DNA of 34,869 nucleotides. It comes from Chlamydiota bacterium. GTDB lineage: Bacteria; Chlamydiota; Chlamydiia; Chlamydiales; RGXB01. The notes under the pieces were generated by a model. That model saw only the letters and a list, made by a program, of their open reading frames with translations. It did no database searches and had not been told where the DNA came from. Each line of letters begins with the position of its first letter. Positions within the stretch are counted from its first letter, which is position 1. A program made the translations under genes and the position numbers. Where the stretch lies: contig CANLTW010000015.1 in the NCBI GenBank assembly GCA_947494155.1, forward strand, positions 1-34,869. The letters run 5' to 3'. Of this stretch, positions 9,587-18,891 are shown in pieces.

Positions 9587-11121
9587 CCATACCATTAGCT
9601 GCACCAACCCTGCCAACCTATTTGACTGGGTTTGCACGATTCTTCTCCATCTTCGCTTTGTCTTTAGCTACTTTTCTTATCGTTTTAGACCTTTCTATCG
9701 CTAACGTATCCATCCCCTATATCTCGGGAGATTTGGGAGTAGCAGTAGACCAGGGAACCTATGTGATCACCTCATTTTCTGTAGGAAATGCGATCGCTTT
9801 ACCCCTTACGGGTTGGCTAACAGACCGTTTGGGGGCAGTGCGTTTAATCACTTTATCCATATTTGGATTTGTGCTCCTTTCAGCCCTTTGCGGACTGTCC
9901 TATTCTTTGCCTATGCTTGTTATATCCCGATTTTTTCAGGGTCTTCTTGCAGGTCCATTAGTCCCTTTAAGCCAAAGTCTTCTTATATCCACTAATCCAC
10001 CTGAACATAAAAATAGAGTTTTAGGGGTCTGGAGCACCGTAATCGTTTGCGGCCCTGTTGTTGGACCTATTTTAGGGGGATGGATCACCTTCAATTATTC
10101 TTGGGAGTGGATCTTTTATATCAATATCCCTACAGGGATTATTTGTATTTTGATCATTCTCGCCTATCTCAAACAATTTGAGACCCCCAGGAAAATCCTC
10201 CCCATAGATAAATTAGGATTTTTTTTATTGGCAATTGCCGCCTCCAGTTTTCAATTTATTCTGGATAAAGGGGAACAATTTGACTGGCTCCATTCAAACC
10301 TGATCTTAAACCTCTCCATCCTCTCTTTTTTGTGTTTTTTATACTTTTTTATATGGGAATATTTTAAGGAAAATCCCCTCGTCGATTTCTCCCTATTTCG
10401 TTATAGAAGCTATACTTTATCGATCCTTTTTATCATTTTTATGTATTCGAGCTACTTTGGAGCGATTGTCATAGTCCCTTTATGGTTACAAAACAGCATG
10501 GGCTATAATTCCGTATGGGCCGGATTGGCTATCGCACCACTGGGGATACCCCCCTTCTTTCTGGGGGCGCTAGGCGTCAAGGCGATTGAGCGCTTTGGGA
10601 AACTCTTAACGCTCGGACTCAGTCTGTTTTTTTTCTCGCTATCGAGCTTCTACACAGCCTATTTTGCGACCAATGTCGATGTCTGGCATGTGATGTTTTC
10701 CCGTCTTATCATGGGTTTTGGACTAATTTTTTTTATCGCACCCATCACAGCTTTGTGCGTACAGGATGTAGATGAAAAAAGGCTGCCTAGCGCAACCGGG
10801 TTTTTCCATTTTGTTCGCACTCTTTGCACTGGAATTGGAACCTCATTGTTCACCACTTTATGGATTCGCCGTCAAGCTTTCCATCATGAACGAATTTGCG
10901 AAAACATCACCCCCTACTCCCCTGCGTTTCAGAGCTTAGCCAAAAAATTGCCCAAACTTGCCTACGATAATACGGCTAGCCTTATAGCAACAAACGGGAT
11001 GGTAGATCAGCAATCGGCCATGATGACATTCAATGACATCTTTTTTTTCATGGGCTGGCTTTTTATTTTTTTGTTGTTTCTCCTCCCTATCGGGATGAAA
11101 AAAAGGGGGGCGTCGAAATAA
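9583..11121 (+). CDS. emrB: DHA2/EmrB-family MFS efflux permease
   Basis: LDLSIANVSIPYISGDLG, GPILGGWIT, WIFYINIP; many TM segments; ATGA overlap with emrA. Confidence 0.93.
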   Translation: MTIPLAAPTLPTYLTGFARFFSIFALSLATFLIVLDLSIANVSIPYISGDLGVAVDQGTYVITSFSVGNAIALPLTGWLTDRLGAVRLITLSIFGFVLLSALCGLSYSLPMLVISRFFQGLLAGPLVPLSQSLLISTNPPEHKNRVLGVWSTVIVCGPVVGPILGGWITFNYSWEWIFYINIPTGIICILIILAYLKQFETPRKILPIDKLGFFLLAIAASSFQFILDKGEQFDWLHSNLILNLSILSFLCFLYFFIWEYFKENPLVDFSLFRYRSYTLSILFIIFMYSSYFGAIVIVPLWLQNSMGYNSVWAGLAIAPLGIPPFFLGALGVKAIERFGKLLTLGLSLFFFSLSSFYTAYFATNVDVWHVMFSRLIMGFGLIFFIAPITALCVQDVDEKRLPSATGFFHFVRTLCTGIGTSLFTTLWIRRQAFHHERICENITPYSPAFQSLAKKLPKLAYDNTASLIATNGMVDQQSAMMTFNDIFFFMGWLFIFLLFLLPIGMKKRGASK

Positions 11122-11196
11122 CAACTCTTTTTTTTTGAAATTAATTTTTTTACGAACTATCCTCTAAGGAATCCAAACGAAAGGAAACTTAAGGAT

Positions 11197-12027
11197 ATGT
11201 TTAAAAGAGTTCTCCCCTTTATGGTTTTGTGTTGCATCCCTTTATTTGGGGCAAAACATACTAATAATAGTAAAGCAACAGATAATGAATCCTCTGAAGA
11301 TTGTGGCAATTTTTATGCCGGTATCTTTGGAGGTGGTGGTGGTTTTGGTATCAGCAATTTTAGACAAACGGGAACCATTTTTTTTCCGGCTGCCTCAGGG
11401 GGAACAACAGCGGTAACAGCGACATCGGGTGGGCGCACCTCTGGAGCTGGGTTCGTAGGTGTACAGCTTGGCTATCTATGGCACTCTTTCCAAGATGAAA
11501 AAAACCCCAATTCGTGGTTGTTAAGACCAGCAGTAGAGTTTGAAGGATATTATATCGGGACATCAACAAAGCCCGTTCTAGGATCTCAAACAGCTCTTGC
11601 AAATAGATTTCAGAATACATTCCCTATCAATGCCGGGACCCTTCTGGCAAGCGGTGTCTTACATTTTTACGAAAATGAGGATGTAAAATTTCATCCCTAT
11701 TTAGGGGGTGCGGTGGGAGCTGCTGTTTTAACAGCACACGACGCCTCCTCCTATTTAGTTCTTCCAACACAACCCTCAAATAATTTTAACTCAAACACCA
11801 CAGCTACCGGCTGGAGTTTTGCCGCTCAGGCAAAAGTGGGATTGATGTACGATATCAATGAGAATTTCAAAGTATTTGCCGAGTATCGATTCCTCTATCT
11901 CACCCCAACCAATTTGGATTTTGGAAGTACAAGTTATACAGCTCCCACAACCACCTCCAACTGGAGAGTTCGTTTTGGTAATATGTATATCAACTTAGGC
12001 GATATTGGTGTTGGCTACTATTTTTAA
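11197..12027 (+). CDS. Outer-membrane beta-barrel protein (OmpA-like/opacity-type barrel)
   Basis: Signal peptide; alternating beta-strand motifs (FYAGIFGGG, PYLGGAVGA, FAAQAKVGLMY, FAEYRFLY); C-terminal GVGYYF beta-signal; AAGGA SD. Confidence 0.8.
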   Translation: MFKRVLPFMVLCCIPLFGAKHTNNSKATDNESSEDCGNFYAGIFGGGGGFGISNFRQTGTIFFPAASGGTTAVTATSGGRTSGAGFVGVQLGYLWHSFQDEKNPNSWLLRPAVEFEGYYIGTSTKPVLGSQTALANRFQNTFPINAGTLLASGVLHFYENEDVKFHPYLGGAVGAAVLTAHDASSYLVLPTQPSNNFNSNTTATGWSFAAQAKVGLMYDINENFKVFAEYRFLYLTPTNLDFGSTSYTAPTTTSNWRVRFGNMYINLGDIGVGYYF

Positions 12028-12063
12028 AAAAAGTAAAAACCTCGAGACCGATAAAGAAAATAC

Positions 12064-12088
12064 ACCCCCCCGTTTATTTGGGGGGGGT
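12064..12088. terminator. Hairpin between convergent genes (probable bidirectional terminator)
   Basis: ACCCCCCC-GTTTATTT-GGGGGGGGT inverted repeat between the two stop codons. Confidence 0.6.
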
Positions 12089-12089
12089 A

Positions 12090-13328
12090 TTATTTTCGGT
12101 ACACTTTTATAGCAACCAAAAGAGATCCTAAAAACAGGATATTGGCAAAAATCAGGGAATACAAAACTTCAATCGTCATAAGCCCTATCGAAACAAGAGG
12201 GAATAAAATCAATCCAACCGAATAAAACCAGAGAAAAATCTCTAAAATTCGCCCTTCGATCTCTTTAAAAATCCCAAAATCTGCCGTTTCAGACATGTGT
12301 GCCCATACAAAGGAGGCCGAAATACTTATTAATGGGATGATCAGCCAGTACCAGTAGGGGTGAGGAACTAAGTATAGAGCCAAAACAGCGATAACAACGA
12401 GCCCTAGACCGCTTTTAGCAATGCTCTTGGAAGAAATTTTCCCTTTCAACTCGGGGTAAAAACTTAAAGTCCCTAAAAGCCAACAGATGGTAAAATAGGC
12501 ATACACATCAGTTATTGAAGCCGAATCGAGCTGCCACTTTTGTCCAATCCAAACCCCAAAAGAGATGAGAAGTCCAATCCAACCCCCTAAAAACAAAAAA
12601 GAGAGCCAAAAAAACTTAGTAAAACGAAACAAAACTAAGAGGGTCATAAGCTCTTTTAAAACCTCTTTCAGCTTTGAGGGTTTTTTCTGATTCCCTTTGC
12701 TAAAAGGGAGGTATAAAGATAGAAAAAAGAGATTAAGGGCAGTAAGCACAGCAAAAACGGCAGGAGGGGTACACCAACCAAGCCAATCGGGGTTCGCTAA
12801 TTTGCTCCCCACCCAAGGGCTTGCCAAAAAACTCACCGCTGCTATTCCCATGAGAAAAGGTATCAAATGGGGATGACTTTTTTCGGGATGCTGATCTAAG
12901 GCCAAACGCAAACAGAGTTTTGTATTGCTTGCCCCCACACCGGTCAAAAATCGGCCCAAAAAAAGAACAATTGGCTGTACACTGACACCCCCCCCTAGAA
13001 GCATCAAATATCCTAAAAAAGAAACGAGGGTGGTAGCCAAAATGAGGGCTCTATTCCCCCATTGAGTCTCAAAATGCTGGATTAAAAAAAGCCCTACAAA
13101 ATGTCCCAAACCAAAAATAGACAGAAATAGCGCCATGGAGGTCCAATAGGAGACATTTCCCCATTCTAGAGCCAGGGGATTATTCGAAAAAAAAAGGGAA
13201 ACAGCGGGCAAAAAGAGACCAAAGCCCGCAATGTTGAGAAGAAAATTAAAAATCAAAGGCTGCACAAGCTGCCGATTCTCCTCCCCTAACAATAAAAATG
13301 CTTTTAGCTGCATAAAGCTCTTATACAC
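12090..13328 (-). CDS. MFS transporter (divergent TetA/DHA1-like)
   Basis: About 12 hydrophobic segments; degenerate motif A (ETQWGNR); LFLGRFLTGVG; GTG start. Confidence 0.8.
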   Translation of the reverse strand: MYKSFMQLKAFLLLGEENRQLVQPLIFNFLLNIAGFGLFLPAVSLFFSNNPLALEWGNVSYWTSMALFLSIFGLGHFVGLFLIQHFETQWGNRALILATTLVSFLGYLMLLGGGVSVQPIVLFLGRFLTGVGASNTKLCLRLALDQHPEKSHPHLIPFLMGIAAVSFLASPWVGSKLANPDWLGWCTPPAVFAVLTALNLFFLSLYLPFSKGNQKKPSKLKEVLKELMTLLVLFRFTKFFWLSFLFLGGWIGLLISFGVWIGQKWQLDSASITDVYAYFTICWLLGTLSFYPELKGKISSKSIAKSGLGLVVIAVLALYLVPHPYWYWLIIPLISISASFVWAHMSETADFGIFKEIEGRILEIFLWFYSVGLILFPLVSIGLMTIEVLYSLIFANILFLGSLLVAIKVYRK

Positions 13329-13356
13329 AAAAAAAGTTAAGGAGCCACCCCCTTTT

Positions 13357-15669
13357 TTATTGCTCCTCTAACTGATAGCCCGTCTCCTCAATAGAGGCTA
13401 AAAACTTGCTCAAAAACCGCTCTTGCCAGCTCTTATGCTCCAGCGGATATTGCTCATAACCTCTAGGAATCTTGAGCAGATTAAAACAGGTCTGCGCCTG
13501 AACGAACTTCTCGTTTTCTATTTCGACTACACCTATAACCAGATGGGGTTTTAAAGCGGGCGCCCCGGTGACAAAAAAAAGAAATTTCTGCACAAAAGAG
13601 GCGTCCTTCTCAGAGATTTTTTTTTGCAAAAGATCTTTAATAAGCTCCACTTTTTCCAAAACGGCCGCATCCGACCCCTGATAGGCAAATCTGCATGTAG
13701 AGATACTTTCTAAGGGGATCCCTTCAAGGGGATCCAAAGATTGTTTTTCCACCATTTCACAAAAGGATCTAGATGAGCCTATAAGAAACTCTTTCCCTTT
13801 TCTAAGTTGAATTAGAGCGAGATTTCTTGCCTCTTTTTCTTGAGCTAGGGCGAATTGAATCACAGCCTTTTTATCTTCTAGGGTCTCATCAAAAATCGTT
13901 TTTGCCATATCACGAACAAGGATTTCTAAGATCTTGTCGTTGAACCAAAACTTTTTTGACGAGTAGAGATAATCGACCCCTAACCAGTACCCATGCTTTT
14001 GTATGAGAAAGTCCCCCACTAGCTGAAGTTGATCTGCCTTGCAAAGATCCAAAAAGCCCAAAATTGACCCCTCTTTTTCAAGGAGTGCCGACACCTCCTC
14101 AATAAGGGGTTTCAGTTCCGGTTTTTTTAAAAAAAAGAGAAGCTTGTCCCTCAAATCTTTCTTTTCTTTCCAAAGAAGGGTAAACATTTTTTCCAACCCC
14201 TCTCCAGTAATTCGAGAGCTATTGTGGCAAATATTTAGAATTTTACTGAACATATCGGGAAAAATTTTTCCGGTTTTAAGCCCCCTTTCCAGCATAAATG
14301 AGAAAAAATCCCCCGCTTGCTCGGCAAGTTTATCCTCAATATAAGAATGAAAAAGCCCTTTTTCACAAAGCATCTGTTTTGTCAAATAGAACGCAAGCTG
14401 GGCATAAAATTGCCTTGTTAAACCCTCCCCAAAACCCTGTTGCCCCTTAAAACGGATTGCAACTGGTTTAGGAAAAATTCTTGACCAATCTTCAAGGACA
14501 ACTTGAGGCTCTGTTTTTATGAGCTCTAAATCCACTTCCCATTCGGTTAACATTAAACGGCAGGAGACCACATGCTCAAAAAAGTCGAAAATTTCCCGAT
14601 GCTGGCATTCAAAAGCAAGATCCTGGGCCACAATCAATTGATTAAGGGAAAAAAAATAGATCGCAACCAGCTCTCTGACAATCAAGAACTGATCCCCCGC
14701 TATTGCACTTCTTAGCGCAATCAGATACCCCACCGGAGAGGGGAGTTGAGCATGGATCATCCTCAAGGCTTCCAAATCCCCTATCTGAGCTGCACTCTCC
14801 AGCGCCCTATCGAGGTAATCGGTCGAAACCTTTTTGTTAAGTAGAAAGCGTACCTGCTCTGTATCCCTCATGGTAACAGCTTGTAAAAGAGCTTTCCCGT
14901 GTGCCTCACAAGAGGCCCCCTTTTCTAAAAAAAACTCCATCAACGATTGACGACCAAGCGCACCGGCTTTTAAAAAAGCGGTCTCCATTTCTTTAGCGCT
15001 TAATTGATACAAAAAAAGGGTTGAAGCCAATTCATTTTCGTTTTGATCTATTGCCTCGAGCAATTCCATTAAAACACAATCGGATTTAAGCCCATAAACG
15101 GAGAGGATTTCCAGCGCCTGGTAGTTTTTTAAACGAACTGCCAGTAGAAATACCTCCTCGAGAACATCGATGGAAATCGGATTTTTTTCCAAGATCACCT
15201 GAATGAATGCCGATTTGCCCCGCTTCACTTCAGCGAAAAGCAGACTTTTTAAAAAAATAGGATCGTTACCTATGTAAGGCGCTAAAATTTTAAATCCCTC
15301 CAAATGGTCGTCATAAAAAGTGGTATGGGCCCCCAAAAAAACCCCTTTTTTTGAGATCTCCACAGAACCTAGAATAAGCTCCGCAATCTGGTTTTTTTTG
15401 GCTAAAATAGCCTCGATAAATGCGCGATTCCAAATTTTTACCGGCAGTGAAGAAAGGGTAAGACAAAAACGGACAAAACCGATGCGCCCCTCTCGGCAAG
15501 CACAATACAGCCTGTCCTCAATCGAAGGGGGGCTACTTGCCCCATTTTGCAATAGGATTTCCAAAACCTTTCCCTTAACTTTGGTCTCAAGTGGGGGGGA
15601 TTTTTCCTCGGATGATGGGGGGCTCAAAGGTTGAGCGCTATCTAAAACAAATGAGCAAGCAAAAGACAT
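13357..15669 (-). CDS. Ankyrin-like repeat protein with a C-terminal HECT-type E3 ubiquitin ligase domain
   Basis: Ankyrin-like units (LYCACREGRIGFVRFCL, ALLQAVTMRDTEQVRFLL, ALESAAQIGDLEALRMI); HECT motifs IRFKGQQGFGEGLTRQFY, FLFFVTGAP, AQTCFNLLKIPRGY, SIEETGY. Confidence 0.78.
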   Translation of the reverse strand: MSFACSFVLDSAQPLSPPSSEEKSPPLETKVKGKVLEILLQNGASSPPSIEDRLYCACREGRIGFVRFCLTLSSLPVKIWNRAFIEAILAKKNQIAELILGSVEISKKGVFLGAHTTFYDDHLEGFKILAPYIGNDPIFLKSLLFAEVKRGKSAFIQVILEKNPISIDVLEEVFLLAVRLKNYQALEILSVYGLKSDCVLMELLEAIDQNENELASTLFLYQLSAKEMETAFLKAGALGRQSLMEFFLEKGASCEAHGKALLQAVTMRDTEQVRFLLNKKVSTDYLDRALESAAQIGDLEALRMIHAQLPSPVGYLIALRSAIAGDQFLIVRELVAIYFFSLNQLIVAQDLAFECQHREIFDFFEHVVSCRLMLTEWEVDLELIKTEPQVVLEDWSRIFPKPVAIRFKGQQGFGEGLTRQFYAQLAFYLTKQMLCEKGLFHSYIEDKLAEQAGDFFSFMLERGLKTGKIFPDMFSKILNICHNSSRITGEGLEKMFTLLWKEKKDLRDKLLFFLKKPELKPLIEEVSALLEKEGSILGFLDLCKADQLQLVGDFLIQKHGYWLGVDYLYSSKKFWFNDKILEILVRDMAKTIFDETLEDKKAVIQFALAQEKEARNLALIQLRKGKEFLIGSSRSFCEMVEKQSLDPLEGIPLESISTCRFAYQGSDAAVLEKVELIKDLLQKKISEKDASFVQKFLFFVTGAPALKPHLVIGVVEIENEKFVQAQTCFNLLKIPRGYEQYPLEHKSWQERFLSKFLASIEETGYQLEEQ

Positions 15670-15886
15670 AAATTCAACACTTTAAAACAAGGATGAAAAA
15701 AAAGCGAATGAGACGTAAAAAACAACACTTAGGGAGTTTCGTTTTCTTAAATAATTGACGTTAAATCTCTTTTGTAAAAACTCATTTAAAGTTGCTGTTT
15801 TTTTGATTTTTAAAATTAATTTTTTGTGGATTTTTACTAATTTTCTCCTTAAAATAATAGCGAAAATAACTAAACAGGGTTTTATT

Positions 15887-17401
15887 TTGATTTCTTTATT
15901 CCCTATAGACACTCAGAACCTTTCCCCAGATGACCCTTTTGCTCCCCCAAGTAAAAAGTCACGAACAGACCCCCCTTCCATTTCTTGTACTGAAGCTAGT
16001 TTGTTCTCCCCTGTACAGGTCGAGCCTCAAAAAAAAAGGGTCATTTTCCCCTCCGAGATCGGTCTTTTAGAAACTTCTCGCTTTTTCTTTCGTAACCAGT
16101 CCCCTGTCTCTTTCACAACTTTGGACGAAATTGACACTTTCTCAAAGATGTTCCCCAGCGATATGGATTGTGAAAAATTTTTTGACATGGACTGGGGTAG
16201 ATTTCAAAGCTGCACATTCCAAAAAGAGCTTTTAGAGAAGAAAAAAAAGGGGCGTCTTTTTAAGATTTTAGAGGAGTGTTTTGATTGTAAAGAGGCGTTT
16301 GAAAAGAAGTTTTCGAAACTCTTTCTCCCCTTATATTTCCGTTTAGAGCTTAAAAACCGTCTGAGGGATTTATCGGGATTGAACGAGCTAGATCATGACT
16401 TGGCAGAGATTATTGATCTGGGTTTTATCCCTTTTTTTATCTCAAAAAAAACCTCTAGAGACAGCCCATTTTCTATTAATGAGATCAAAATCTGGATTGA
16501 GAAAATGTTGAATGCCTCTATCTATAAGGAGGCTCAATCCCATCTTCAACTGCTTTTAGGCGAATTAGAGGATATCTACGATCTTTGTGAAAACAGGGTT
16601 AAAAATATTCTTGAGCCACCTATTGACCATACATCTCCTGCTTTTATAACCTCTCTCAAATTTTGGGTAAGGTTTCTCGGTTCCTATCCCGGTTGCCTCT
16701 TTCAAGTCTTTGAGCTCTTTACTGAAGAGCATCCAATAAAAGAAGATATCGAGGCGGAACTCAAAGAGCTTACTGAAGCTCAAGCAATGGAGATGCCCCT
16801 TGCCCAAGAGGCTTTTGCCTTATTTTTGGAGGCGGTTGATATGGATAAATTTTCTTGTGTCGCCCCCTTTTCCACAATAGAGCAACTATTTAACCTCCTC
16901 TATACACCGGTCCAGGAGCACCCTCTGATCACTAAATGGAAAAATCCTTTAGAGTTACCCCCCCCTTCTCTTGCATCCTTAGAGTCTATTGAGGCCGGTT
17001 TGACGTGGAACTATTTAGACATGGTGTTTAGTTCGAGCCATCCTGTTGCTACTTCCTTGAGCAATAGGATCTTTTTTGAGTATGCCCTACATAAGATTGA
17101 AAACTTCCCAAATAAGCCCTCAAAAAAAGAGTTTATTCTAACCCTTTTGGAGGCGCTTAAATCGTTTTCCATGATGAATGCCAAGGGGTGGGCAGCCTAC
17201 ACTCCAGAAACTTTTTTTTGCTCCATTTTTTCCGATGCCGAAGACCAAGACCTGATCAAAAGATTTTGGCATTCCTTTTTTCGAAAATTCCCCGATCTTA
17301 AAGAGGATCCTCACTTTGTTTCCCTCTTTAGGGAGTCTATTGCAAGCCAGACAAAAGAGGCTAACAAAAATACCCATCTTATAAGCGCACAAAAAATATG
17401 A
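15887..17401 (+). CDS. Hypothetical protein, candidate effector
   Basis: Long ORF; the track's first 44 codons are AT-rich and intergenic-like, so the start is placed tentatively at TTG 15887 (MISLFPIDTQNLSPDDPFAPPSKKSR); ATGA overlap with the next gene. Confidence 0.65.
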   Translation: MISLFPIDTQNLSPDDPFAPPSKKSRTDPPSISCTEASLFSPVQVEPQKKRVIFPSEIGLLETSRFFFRNQSPVSFTTLDEIDTFSKMFPSDMDCEKFFDMDWGRFQSCTFQKELLEKKKKGRLFKILEECFDCKEAFEKKFSKLFLPLYFRLELKNRLRDLSGLNELDHDLAEIIDLGFIPFFISKKTSRDSPFSINEIKIWIEKMLNASIYKEAQSHLQLLLGELEDIYDLCENRVKNILEPPIDHTSPAFITSLKFWVRFLGSYPGCLFQVFELFTEEHPIKEDIEAELKELTEAQAMEMPLAQEAFALFLEAVDMDKFSCVAPFSTIEQLFNLLYTPVQEHPLITKWKNPLELPPPSLASLESIEAGLTWNYLDMVFSSSHPVATSLSNRIFFEYALHKIENFPNKPSKKEFILTLLEALKSFSMMNAKGWAAYTPETFFCSIFSDAEDQDLIKRFWHSFFRKFPDLKEDPHFVSLFRESIASQTKEANKNTHLISAQKI

Positions 17402-18444
17402 CAACACCCCTTCAGCCGGCCCTAACCGCCCTCTCAAGTATAAAGGAATTCAAAACCCCTTCCGAGGGATTGCTAAGTACCCTTAAAGCATGCTCTATCG
17501 ACTCTTTTGACAAAGGGGTTTTTTTTGCCCCCCTTTTTAAAGATGTCTCGATGAAAGAGGTGTGTTGTTTTGTGAAAGAAAAACCGGAAATTCAGTCGGA
17601 TCTTGTCGCTTTTTTTAAAACCCGCGTGGGTAGCAAGGATAGTGAGGAAGGGGGTGTTCTTATTACCCTTAAACATCCTATAAGCTCGCAACACCACCCC
17701 CTTCTACCCAAATTTGCATTTCATAATAAAGCGGCTCAGGATGGGATAGCTTTGCCAATTGAACCCCTTATTCTACCCGAAAACTCCTATTTTCATCTCA
17801 AAATGGGGGGAACAATCCCCTTAGCCCAGCTTGTCAAAACAAAACCGCTGTCGATGGAAGAAAAAATCTGTATCGCCATACAGTTAGGGAAAAAAATTCT
17901 CCAACTGCACACGAGCTGCAAGCTCTTTCACCAGAGTATCCACCCGTGGAGTATTGTAGTGAAAAAGGGGGATGAGGGGCTGATAGAGGTCTTCTTGACC
18001 AATTTTCTTGCCACTACTTCGAATCCTCTAGGCAAAGAACCCCTCTTTTGTAAAAATTCGACCCCTCCCGAATTTGAATATGCTCCCTTTATGACTCCAA
18101 AAGAGCTTGAAGACAACCTTTTTGGGGCCGAAACGACCGATCTGTATAACCTCGGACAAACACTTTTTTTTCTTTTTAAAGGGACCCACTTTGAAAAAAA
18201 CTATAACGAATACCTTACCAGGCCCCACGTTCAACAAAGATATTTTCAAGAGCAGGAAAATATAGGCTGTCTAAACGATTTTTCTGTCCTTAGAGATGAC
18301 ACAGTGAGAGATTTTTTACAGTTCCATCTCAAGGAATTCCCCGAAGAAGTTTATCTTGCTATACGAGGCCTTCTAAGGACGATCCCCAACGAAAGAATTT
18401 CTTTAAAAAAAGCACTTCAAACTCTTGAGGAAATCGCTGTTTAG
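17398..18444 (+). CDS. Degenerate Hanks-type protein kinase fold (pseudokinase)
   Basis: Subdomain order: IAIQLGKKILQLH-LFHQSIHPWSIVV (HRDIKPxN equivalent), FLTNF (DFG equivalent), TPPE, TDLYNLGQTLFFL.KG..F, L...PNERIS...AL. Confidence 0.7.
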   Translation: MTTPLQPALTALSSIKEFKTPSEGLLSTLKACSIDSFDKGVFFAPLFKDVSMKEVCCFVKEKPEIQSDLVAFFKTRVGSKDSEEGGVLITLKHPISSQHHPLLPKFAFHNKAAQDGIALPIEPLILPENSYFHLKMGGTIPLAQLVKTKPLSMEEKICIAIQLGKKILQLHTSCKLFHQSIHPWSIVVKKGDEGLIEVFLTNFLATTSNPLGKEPLFCKNSTPPEFEYAPFMTPKELEDNLFGAETTDLYNLGQTLFFLFKGTHFEKNYNEYLTRPHVQQRYFQEQENIGCLNDFSVLRDDTVRDFLQFHLKEFPEEVYLAIRGLLRTIPNERISLKKALQTLEEIAV

Positions 18445-18487
18445 CTACCCCCCCTTTTTCTTGTAATGATTTCTTATAAAGACTGAC

Positions 18488-18517
18488 AAAAGGGATTTGA
18501 CTTCAAATCCCTTTTTT
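18488..18517. terminator. Perfect 13-bp inverted repeat (terminator or operator)
   Basis: AAAAGGGATTTGA-CT-TCAAATCCCTTTT followed by TT, about 43 nt after the kinase stop. Confidence 0.6.
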
Positions 18518-18583
18518 GGCAAAAATACCCTCCTAAACACATTCTGGAGCCTTTTTTTGCTTCAATAAGCTGTTCATCCGTGC

Positions 18584-18655
18584 ATGTCCGCAGGGTACGT
18601 TTCTCCAACGACATCAAGTCCAGACATGGACAAGATTTTGTCACTCTGCGGACAT
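18584..18655. ncRNA. Candidate structured RNA element, family unknown
   Basis: ATGTCCGCAGGGT pairs with ACTCTGCGGACAT (13 bp, one G-U on + strand) and encloses the CGTT/AACG and GTCCA-GACA-TGGAC hairpins. Confidence 0.3.
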
Positions 18656-18891
18656 CTTTAACCCTTTTGATAATCCTAAAGGTTCGTTTAAATCAATAAT
18701 TGTATGTTTTTTTGCTTTGAATAGGATTGGCTAATTAGGATCCATTCGCTGTTTTTTTAAACTTTTTCTTTCCCTTTTTTGGTCTTGTACTGGTAGTCTT
18801 CCATTTGATTAGCTTGAAATGATGACCTACTGACTGCCCTGAACAGGCTGAATAAAAAAATTTCGCCTAGAAACTATATAGGACACCAATT

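Noticed and set aside
15682..15912. 76-aa Lys-rich minus-strand ORF and the matching AT-rich 5' extension of 15755..17401
   Set aside because: Low-complexity AT-rich intergenic sequence between divergent genes
18584..18655. tRNA interpretation of the 72-nt folded element
   Set aside because: No T-loop TTC(G/A)A, no anticodon arm geometry, and the closing stem is 13 bp rather than 7
18474..18690. Minus-strand open frame of about 70 codons (…RVTKSCPCLDLMSLEKRTLRTCTDEQLIEAKK…)
   Set aside because: No convincing SD/start, runs through the palindrome and has no recognisable homology; a pseudogene remnant cannot be excluded
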